From positions 1 to 54,336 of the forward strand of contig JAEOTM010000070.1 in NCBI GenBank assembly GCA_016839815.1: DNA of 54,336 nt. The letters run 5' to 3'. The position numbers were made by a program, and so were the translations under genes. This document shows, piece after piece, positions 1 through 7,564 of the stretch. The notes below the pieces were generated by a model that worked only from the letters and a program-made list of their open reading frames with translations, did not search any database and had not been told where the DNA came from. Every line of letters begins with the position of its first letter. The stretch's first letter is position 1. The DNA is from Candidatus Hodarchaeota archaeon. GTDB taxonomy: Archaea; Asgardarchaeota; Heimdallarchaeia; Hodarchaeales; Hodarchaeaceae.

Positions 1-1
1 C

Positions 2-919
2 ATATCAAATGCTGAAAAGGATTTCCGAAAGATTGTTGATAAAATAGATTCTATTGTAGGAAAAAGCTATAATAATGTATCTTCTTTGGTTGAAAAACAA
101 ATAAAAGGAATAGCTAAGGAAGCGTCAAAAACATATTCACAAGCTTGTAATTTTTTAAATATTAATAGAAAAAATCTTGGTAAACAGGATAGCAGATTGA
201 TTGAGGTTTCCAGTTCTTCAATGAAGAGTATTCAAAAATCGATTACACAAAGTTTTGAGAAAGATCCCTTCTTTGAGTTCAAAAATGTAGGTCGATATTA
301 TTTTTATGCAAAATATAGATCTTTACCAAATAATTTGCGTACAGATGTCTTAGATGCGCTCGTTTCCAAGAAAAATTATCCTTTTCTGAAGGAAGCCACA
401 TCAAAAATGACCACAACCTCTGATATCTTCCTTAGTTATGCAAAAGTTCTCGAAGCACATGCCTATGAACTGCTATCACACGTATTTAGTTCTTCAGGGA
501 GATTGGTAAGAAAAGACGTGTTTAAAACTGACCAAGATGTCAAAATTGTAATACAAAATGGAATACCTGTTCCAACACTCGAAATGGGGTACCTAACAAA
601 TGAAAGAGCTGTAAAATCATTGAAATCCTTATTTGGGAATAGAATAGTTGTGGAAACAGAAAAATCAGCAAATAATGCGATCTATCGAATCTTAACTGTG
701 GTTCCCAGCTTTAAAAGTGATTACAGTACTATGAAACAGTTTTGGGAAACTACAGATTGGACACTAAAAAATACCGTAATTACACTTAGTTGGTTTTCAT
801 TATTAGCTAAAAACAAATTCTACTTAGATCTCCTACGTTTTTCATCAGATCTCTATTCTTCTCGAGTGAGAGGATCCCTTGAAGAAATCTTTGACCAAAT
901 AGGTAAAGGAATGGTTTGA
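2..919 (+). CDS. Hypothetical protein, 5'-truncated (C-terminal part only)
   Basis: The frame of the 86..919 ORF stays open back to position 2 (ISNAEKDFRKIVDKIDSIVGKSYNNVSSLVEKQ...), so the gene begins before the window. No motif recognised. Confidence 0.6.
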   Translation: MSNAEKDFRKIVDKIDSIVGKSYNNVSSLVEKQIKGIAKEASKTYSQACNFLNINRKNLGKQDSRLIEVSSSSMKSIQKSITQSFEKDPFFEFKNVGRYYFYAKYRSLPNNLRTDVLDALVSKKNYPFLKEATSKMTTTSDIFLSYAKVLEAHAYELLSHVFSSSGRLVRKDVFKTDQDVKIVIQNGIPVPTLEMGYLTNERAVKSLKSLFGNRIVVETEKSANNAIYRILTVVPSFKSDYSTMKQFWETTDWTLKNTVITLSWFSLLAKNKFYLDLLRFSSDLYSSRVRGSLEEIFDQIGKGMV

Positions 920-968
920 CTCTCCTAAAAATCTTCTAGTGATGTTGGAATAGCTCAGAGATAATGAA

Positions 969-1592
969 ATGAAACGAAGATTTTCAGTAAAGTCGTCGTT
1001 GGATGTTTATCCTCCTAGTGAAGACACTTGGTTTCTTACAGAGTTTTTAGTCAATTTCCTTTCTAGGTTTAAGGTTAATACTAAGCAAAAGAGAGTTATA
1101 TGTGAAATTGGAGTGGGTAGTGGATATATAATAATTTACTTGAGTTTAAATTTCTCACATTTGCGATTTTATGGAACAGATATTTCTCCTATCGCGCTTT
1201 CATTAAGTAAGGAGAATTTTCGCGATTGGATTCCTACAGGAAATTACTATTTGTGCTGTAGTCCTTATCTTAATTGCTTTAATCCCCAAAAATTTTTCCC
1301 AGACATAATTTATTTCAATCCACCCTATGTAAGTACGTCCTATGAAGAATACAATCAAACTAACTCAGTAATCACAAAATCTTGGGCCGGAGGACCGAGT
1401 GGAGTGATCCCCATAAGCTTATATTTAGATGAATTGACCAGATTTGAATTCAAACTTGCCTTTTTTCTTACATCATCACTAAATGAGAATAATATCGTTT
1501 TAACGAGAGAAGAGTTTAATATTAAGGAAGTGGCTAAGAAAAAGATAGAAAGCGAGCAATTAATAATATATCAAGTCACCCCAAGAGTGTAG
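969..1592 (+). CDS. HemK2/Mtq2 (N6AMT1)-family glutamine N5-methyltransferase
   Basis: VYPPSEDTWFL N-terminal motif, SAM-binding EIGVGSG, catalytic FNPPY, WAGG. Confidence 0.85.
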   Translation: MKRRFSVKSSLDVYPPSEDTWFLTEFLVNFLSRFKVNTKQKRVICEIGVGSGYIIIYLSLNFSHLRFYGTDISPIALSLSKENFRDWIPTGNYYLCCSPYLNCFNPQKFFPDIIYFNPPYVSTSYEEYNQTNSVITKSWAGGPSGVIPISLYLDELTRFEFKLAFFLTSSLNENNIVLTREEFNIKEVAKKKIESEQLIIYQVTPRV

Positions 1593-1605
1593 TATGTTAC
1601 TATTG

Positions 1606-2316
1606 TCAATTCCTTGTTAAATAATCAACAAGATTCTTCAATGACTCTTGAGAATCTTCTAAGTATAGAATTAACTTATCTGTTTCTTTCGGGGGAAGAT
1701 GAATTGGGAGAAGCTTTTTCCTATATTCCTCTCTTAATATTCGAAGAATTAGAACTTTCGGAATTTTAAGATCCAGCAATGAAGTATTGACTAATTTTTT
1801 CGGAACGGGAATTGCTATAACAGGTGGTCTGCTAAGAGGTAAATCCATCTTGGAATACAACTCATTTATGATCTGAAAAATATTATTTACGATGATAATC
1901 TGTCCAGGTTTTTGACCAGATAGATATTTCACAAATGGTGGAGCATATTGAGCCAATAATATTACTTGAAACTCACTTCCTGTAACATAAGACATTATAT
2001 TTTGAATAATCACAGGATCTTCATGGAGTATGATTACTTTCTTGGCATTGTGAAATCCGAGAGTTTCGTAAAGATTACGTTTTGCATATTCCTCTTTTGT
2101 TTCTTCATAAAGTACGTTTATACGTGTTTTCACTTCTTCTATCCAATTTAATTTAATATCAGATATTAAAGATACTTTGTTTTCCGCACCAAGCTGGATT
2201 AATTGCTCGATAAAAGCCTCTGTAAAATCATTACTCCCGAAAACATAAAAATCACTTTGTTGTTCCACAGCTTTTTCGGCGAACTTTCTGACTCTCCGTT
2301 TTTTAAAAAAACTCAT
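1606..2316 (-). CDS. Soluble RCK (TrkA-N/TrkA-C-like) domain protein; paralogue of the upstream gene
   Basis: Rossmann-like start YVFGSNDF; shares VSLI.D..L.WI and NLYE.LGF.NA with the 411-aa neighbour; TrkA-C-like tail (VLILRILRE...ETDKLILY); TAATG stop/start overlap at 2316. Confidence 0.6.
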   Translation of the reverse strand: MSFFKKRRVRKFAEKAVEQQSDFYVFGSNDFTEAFIEQLIQLGAENKVSLISDIKLNWIEEVKTRINVLYEETKEEYAKRNLYETLGFHNAKKVIILHEDPVIIQNIMSYVTGSEFQVILLAQYAPPFVKYLSGQKPGQIIIVNNIFQIINELYSKMDLPLSRPPVIAIPVPKKLVNTSLLDLKIPKVLILRILREEYRKKLLPIHLPPKETDKLILYLEDSQESLKNLVDYLTRN

Positions 2317-3551
2317 TAAACTTCCTCCTGTTCAAAATCTGTTTTTTGAGTCGAATCAAACTCTGAAGTTTGTTTCTCGTCCTCATAAGCCTCTAGATAT
2401 TTACCAAATTCAGGTTCTTTTGTCTGTCTTTCCTTTTTCTCTTTTTCCTTCTTTTTCTTATAAGGAAGTTCCGTTATGACCCTATTTGTACGTTTCATAT
2501 CAAAATTACTGTAGTAATATACAATAATTCTATCATCAGGAAGCATCTCCTCATTAGACTGAAGAAGCTCATCTCCTCTGCGAATCAAGATAACTTCCAT
2601 TTTTGGGATATCAAAGCTCATCATATCCCCAGTTTTTCCAACGTAAGTTCTTGGTACGTCTATCTCGGCAGTTTGGGGAAAATCAAAATCTAGGCTTAAT
2701 GATAGAACGAGACCTTGTACTGTAGCATCTAAATCTTCAATAAGAAATAAGTTTTCATCTTTAACTAAGTCACTAAATACAAAAGTTGGGGAATATTGCG
2801 ATAATAGTATTATTTCTACCTCTGGTTGAACTTGCCGGATATTCGTTAAAATATTTTGATTTAATTCAATACTTTCTGTAAGTATCATTATACGAGTGGC
2901 ATTCTTAAATCCAAGAATCTCATATAAATTCGGTTTTTCGAATTCTTTCATATCTTCTACAACATAAACATCAATAAAAGCTTTTAGTTTCCTGATCCAT
3001 AATAGATCGGAATCTGCGATTAGAGAAACACGCTCTTCGTATCCATATCTGTGAACCATCTCAAAGAGGAATTGTTCAGCGGGTTTTGAGCTACCAAATA
3101 TATATGTGACATCTTTCCGAGCATTGACCTTACCTCGATATTTGTTTATGGGAGATTTTATCATCATTCTGATTAGAATTGTTACAATCCCGATAATTGA
3201 GGCTGCCCAGCGGATAACTTCAGGGCTAGTTAGTGAATCGAGCATCCAACTTTGATAAGCAGAAATATCTGTAGAAGTGTCGAAGATAAGAAGGAATATT
3301 GGGAAGACAAAGAGTAGGATAAGAAGTAGGAAAATTACTATTAAGAGTACAGTTGAGAGAAGGATGATTAAATCTGTCATTGGAATGAAATACTTGATTT
3401 CACGATATACAACTCGTCTAAGATATTTTAAATCTGCCCGAACAGCTGTTAGATTAAATTTCAATTGACGAAGATTATCACCTAGTTTTCGTTTCTTTAA
3501 AGGAATTGGGGGAGATTCGGTATCAATTTGAGTAGCAGTCATGTTTTTCAC
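2316..3551 (-). CDS. Membrane protein with two predicted TM helices plus RCK (TrkA-N/TrkA-C-like) domain; no K+ filter signature
   Basis: Hydrophobic LIILLSTVLLIVIFLLLILLFVFPIFLLIF and WAASIIGIVTILI segments, then YIFGSS Rossmann strand and EVILIRRGDELL...LPDDRIIVY TrkA-C pattern. Confidence 0.6.
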   Translation of the reverse strand: MKNMTATQIDTESPPIPLKKRKLGDNLRQLKFNLTAVRADLKYLRRVVYREIKYFIPMTDLIILLSTVLLIVIFLLLILLFVFPIFLLIFDTSTDISAYQSWMLDSLTSPEVIRWAASIIGIVTILIRMMIKSPINKYRGKVNARKDVTYIFGSSKPAEQFLFEMVHRYGYEERVSLIADSDLLWIRKLKAFIDVYVVEDMKEFEKPNLYEILGFKNATRIMILTESIELNQNILTNIRQVQPEVEIILLSQYSPTFVFSDLVKDENLFLIEDLDATVQGLVLSLSLDFDFPQTAEIDVPRTYVGKTGDMMSFDIPKMEVILIRRGDELLQSNEEMLPDDRIIVYYYSNFDMKRTNRVITELPYKKKKEKEKKERQTKEPEFGKYLEAYEDEKQTSEFDSTQKTDFEQEEV

Positions 3552-3562
3552 TTAATATCAAT

Positions 3563-3751
3563 TTATTCGTCATATTTCAAAGATGAGGGAGGTTTACCAT
3601 CTCTCCATTCGAGTTCATTCTTGAGAAGATCACGGATGGCTGTACGTATCGCTTCAGATCGGGAACTATAAACTCCTCCTCTAACTAATTCATCTAAATC
3701 TTCCAAAAATGATTTAGGAGCTTTAAAGCTTATTAACTTCACAAGTTTCAC
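3563..3751 (-). CDS. Ribbon-helix-helix (CopG/Arc/MetJ) transcriptional regulator
   Basis: LISFKAP beta strand + LEDLDELVRGG.YSSRSEAIRTAIRDLL RHH consensus; GTG start. Confidence 0.85.
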   Translation of the reverse strand: MKLVKLISFKAPKSFLEDLDELVRGGVYSSRSEAIRTAIRDLLKNELEWRDGKPPSSLKYDE

Positions 3752-4090
3752 ATCTGCTTTAGTAATTATCTGAATTAATCTAGTCAGAAATCAATTATTA
3801 TGGATTTAACCACTCTGAACTAATTGACAAACAAGAACTAAACACGATTCGAGTATTAAAATTGCTGGTATTTGAGGTTAAAATTCTTAGCTCAATGAAA
3901 ATAACTGAATAACTCATCTTACAAAATGCATCTTGGAATATCTAACAGCGTTTTGGAAAAAGTGTGATAAAACATAAAGACCAATATGAAGTAACCTCAA
4001 ATCTCTAGTCCTTTTCTTTTCTATTTGAAAGGAAAAACTGAAAAGTACAGAAATTCTGAAACATGTACTCATAAACAATATAACCCATAG

Positions 4091-4501
4091 GTGGATGAAA
4101 TGGCTAATACAAAAGACCACGTGAACTCAGAAATGGAAGCTATTAAAACAAACGTTCAAGAAGCCTTTAAAAAGGTAGAGCCACTGATTTCTCAGTTAGA
4201 TACACTGATAACTGAGAAAAACGCCCTCAAAGAGCAAGTTGATGAGATTCAGAGAAAGTATGCCGATTTGGGAAATGAACTGTCTGAACTCCAAAAAAAG
4301 CTCAAAGACCAGAAAGTTGAATTTGAATCTCAAAAGCATACTACTGAGAATCGTATCGTTTCGTTACAACGTGAGGTTGATCTTCTAACCTCTGACAAAA
4401 AACAACTTTCAGATAAATTAAGCAAACAAAACGAAAGAATTGCCACACTTGAGTCTCAAAAAGAGGAATTACAACAATCTCTACGTGATCGTAGCGGTTG
4501 A
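4091..4501 (+). CDS. Coiled-coil protein of unknown function
   Basis: Continuous heptad pattern rich in E/K/Q/L; start may be the ATG at 4100. Confidence 0.65.
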   Translation: MDEMANTKDHVNSEMEAIKTNVQEAFKKVEPLISQLDTLITEKNALKEQVDEIQRKYADLGNELSELQKKLKDQKVEFESQKHTTENRIVSLQREVDLLTSDKKQLSDKLSKQNERIATLESQKEELQQSLRDRSG

Positions 4502-4531
4502 ACAAGATATGGCACATCAGAGCGCAAAACA

Positions 4532-5269
4532 TTGAAAATTGCAATTATATCTGACATTCACGGAAATTTGGAAGCTTTAGAGGCTGTTATTAAGAATTTC
4601 CGAATTCATGGAAATTTGGATCACATTGTTTGTCTGGGAGATATTGTGGGTTATTATGCAAATCCTGTAGAATGTATAAATTTAATTATGAAGAATTGTG
4701 ATACAGTCATTCAAGGTAATCATGATTCAGCTATTACTTCTGTTAATTTCGAAAGAAGAGTGAAATGGTTTAATGAGACAGCTGTCCACTCTTTAAGATG
4801 GACACGTAAAGTATTACTAGAGGAAACCAATAAAGAACAGTTCCAATTTTTAAAACGATTAAGAACAAAAAAATTGCTGAAATTGAATAACATGAGTTTT
4901 CTATTTGTACATGGGACACCAGAAAAAAAATGGGAATATTTTCTCTATCCTTATTGGAATAATGAACCCTTAGACGAACAAAAAATTAGGTTGGACGAAT
5001 GGCTGAATCAGTGGAATTTTGTAGCCATAGGACATACACATTGGGCTTTTCAGTATGAGAAAAATAATCGTTATGTGGTTAATCCTGGTAGTGTAGGTCA
5101 ACCTAGAGATGAAAATCCAGATGCTAGCTATTGTCTAGTAGATGTCTCAGAAACACGATTGTATGTTCAAAATTTTCGCATAAAGTATGAAATCGAAAAG
5201 ACATGTAAGGCTTTAAAATCGGCTAAACTTGATGAATCTCTGTGTGTCAGACTATTTCTTGGTCAATGA
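4532..5269 (+). CDS. Calcineurin-like metallophosphoesterase (YfcE/MJ0912-like)
   Basis: DIHGN, GDIVGY, GNHD, HG, GHTH, NPGSVGQPRD motifs. Confidence 0.9.
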   Translation: MKIAIISDIHGNLEALEAVIKNFRIHGNLDHIVCLGDIVGYYANPVECINLIMKNCDTVIQGNHDSAITSVNFERRVKWFNETAVHSLRWTRKVLLEETNKEQFQFLKRLRTKKLLKLNNMSFLFVHGTPEKKWEYFLYPYWNNEPLDEQKIRLDEWLNQWNFVAIGHTHWAFQYEKNNRYVVNPGSVGQPRDENPDASYCLVDVSETRLYVQNFRIKYEIEKTCKALKSAKLDESLCVRLFLGQ

Positions 5270-5396
5270 GCCTTGATTTACAGCTTGTAGGTATTATTTA
5301 AGAACAACACATATTTCTAGTAGGATGGCATTGTAAACTTTGTTTTAAAGGAGTTTCTATAGAGTAATTCGTCAATAAAAGGAGTGAATTCTTATA

Positions 5397-5410
5397 AGAA
5401 GATTTAAATA
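5397..5410 (+). promoter_or_regulatory. Putative archaeal BRE/TATA box for the topoisomerase operon
   Basis: TTTAAATA at 5403-5410 preceded by purine-rich AGAAGA, ~110 bp upstream of gyrB; AT-rich context lowers specificity. Confidence 0.3.
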
Positions 5411-5520
5411 GGGAGTTCTTCCTAGAATAATTGAGTTAAATATGATTTTGACTCAGTTCAAAAGAAATACACATTATTTTTGTGTATAATTTCATTTTTC
5501 AGGACTATCGGTGTTAAATT

Positions 5521-7542
5521 TTGTCAAGTGAATATGGTGCAAGTAGTATACAGGTTCTAGAAGGCCTTGAAGCGGTTCGTCGCCGTCCTGCTATGTATAT
5601 TGGAAGTATAGATGAGAATGGGCTTCATCATCTTGTCTGGGAAATTGTTGATAATTCAGTTGATGAAGCCATGGCTGGGTCTTGTGACCATATTAGTGTA
5701 ATACTGGGTCAAACAGAACATGGACAAGAATCAATTACTATTCAGGATAATGGTAGGGGAATACCTACAGAAATTCACCCCGATTATAACATCTCCTCCT
5801 TGGAACTCGTTACTACACGCCTACATTCAGGAGGGAAATTCGATCATGAGTCCTACAAAGTTAGTGGTGGTCTACATGGCGTTGGAATTGCAGTAGTAAA
5901 TGCCTTATCGCGATGGATGCAGGTGAAAGTAAAGAGAAATAACGTTGTACAGATGCAGGAGTACGTGAGAGGTGAGACAATATCTCATGGTGTTATTACT
6001 GTCGAAGAGGAATGGGAATACGAGAGTGGTACTCAAATTACTTTCATTCCAGATCCTGAAATTTTCGAGGTAACTCATATCGAGGTTCCAACGATTCGAA
6101 ATCGCTTACGGGAGTTAGCTTTTTTGAATAAAGGGCTTACGATTACACTTATTGATGATAGGAAGCAGGATACCCCTATTTCCGAACCACAAAGTGATAC
6201 ACGATTAGATGATACCCAAGATCTTTCAGATATGACCGAAACAGATGAAGAAGAGGTTCCGTCAAATAAATGGGTATTTCACTTTGATGGAGGGATTAAA
6301 GCTTATGTCGATCAGCTAGCAACTAACCGTGTTCATGATGATATTCCCTATTTTGATGAAACTGTAGAGAAAATGCAGGTAGAAGTGGCGCTTGCTTATG
6401 ATCGCTCTGAGCGAGATTTAATTAATACGTTTACCAATAATATTAATACAAGACATGGTGGAACTCATTTATCTGGTTTTAAATCTGGGTTAACAAGGGC
6501 ATTAAATGCCTATGTTTTGAAGAATGAACATTTAATTCGCAATACTCATCTGAAAAAAGGGCTTAAGGAAAAAAGATCCATTTTCACTGGAAATGACGTT
6601 CGTGAAGGATTAGTCGCAGTGGTTTCAGTAAAGATCATGAATCCTCAATTTGAAGGACAGACAAAAAGTAAATTAGGGAATAGTGAGGTAAAAGGGGTAG
6701 TGGAAAGCTGTGTATATGAAAATGTCCTTAGATTTTTTGATGAACATCCAGATAGCTCACGGAGTATAATAGAAAAATGTGAAGCTGCTGCTACACTCCG
6801 AATGAAATTTCGTCAAATACGTGAAGCAGTTAGAAAGACACAAGGGAAGGGTTCTGGAAAGTTAGTCGATTGTGCTGTTTCAGATCCCGCTAAACGCGAA
6901 CTTTTCCTTGTTGAAGGTGATTCAGCAGGGGGTAGCGCTATTGAGGGACGATTTAGCGAATTTCAGGCAATTTTACCGTTACGAGGAAAAGTTATTAATG
7001 TAGAAAAAGCCCGTTTGGAGAAGGCAATGAAGAACAAGGAAATTCTCGAAATTATACGGGCCATCGGGGCAAGTTATAAAGAACATTTTAAGATTGAGAA
7101 AGTTCGTTATCATAAAATTGTTCTTCTAATGGATGCTGATATTGATGGTCATCATATCGTCTGTCTGTTATTGACATTCTTTTTCAGATATATGCCTGAA
7201 TTAATTGATGAAGGCTATCTCTATATTGCTCAACCTCCATTATTCCGAGTTAAAAAAGGAAACAAGGAAGTTTATGTACTTTCAGAACAGGAAAGAGATG
7301 ATGTAATTCATTCATGGGGTGGAAAACCAGAGATTAGTCGGTTCAAAGGATTAGGGGAAATGAACCCAATTCAGCTCCGAGAAACTGTAATGGATCCTGA
7401 GAAAAGAACTTTACTTCAAGTGACTCGGAAAAATCTTATTGATGCAGAAAGAATGTTTGTTACGTTAATGGGCGAGGAAGTAGCACCTAGACGTGCGTTC
7501 ATTGAAACTCATGCCTTAGAAGTGGAAAATTTAGATATATAA
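5521..7542 (+). CDS. gyrB: DNA gyrase subunit B
   Basis: LEAVRRRPAMYIG, EIVDNSVDE, DNGRGIP, SGGLHGVG, EGDSAGG, PLRGK, DADIDG, RFKGLGEM, C-terminal NLDI; TTG start. Confidence 0.97.
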   Translation: MSSEYGASSIQVLEGLEAVRRRPAMYIGSIDENGLHHLVWEIVDNSVDEAMAGSCDHISVILGQTEHGQESITIQDNGRGIPTEIHPDYNISSLELVTTRLHSGGKFDHESYKVSGGLHGVGIAVVNALSRWMQVKVKRNNVVQMQEYVRGETISHGVITVEEEWEYESGTQITFIPDPEIFEVTHIEVPTIRNRLRELAFLNKGLTITLIDDRKQDTPISEPQSDTRLDDTQDLSDMTETDEEEVPSNKWVFHFDGGIKAYVDQLATNRVHDDIPYFDETVEKMQVEVALAYDRSERDLINTFTNNINTRHGGTHLSGFKSGLTRALNAYVLKNEHLIRNTHLKKGLKEKRSIFTGNDVREGLVAVVSVKIMNPQFEGQTKSKLGNSEVKGVVESCVYENVLRFFDEHPDSSRSIIEKCEAAATLRMKFRQIREAVRKTQGKGSGKLVDCAVSDPAKRELFLVEGDSAGGSAIEGRFSEFQAILPLRGKVINVEKARLEKAMKNKEILEIIRAIGASYKEHFKIEKVRYHKIVLLMDADIDGHHIVCLLLTFFFRYMPELIDEGYLYIAQPPLFRVKKGNKEVYVLSEQERDDVIHSWGGKPEISRFKGLGEMNPIQLRETVMDPEKRTLLQVTRKNLIDAERMFVTLMGEEVAPRRAFIETHALEVENLDI

Positions 7543-7564
7543 TTACTAGAGTGATGAATTTAAG

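Noticed and set aside
969-1592. NPPY-containing protein as a DNA adenine methyltransferase partner for DUF499
   Set aside because: The VYPPSEDT motif and size match the HemK2/Mtq2 protein methyltransferase, and it lies 30 kb away.
4532-5269. Vps29 (retromer) orthologue as a eukaryotic signature protein
   Set aside because: The motifs (GDIVGY, NPGSVGQPRD) fit the widespread prokaryotic phosphoesterase family; nothing specific to Vps29.
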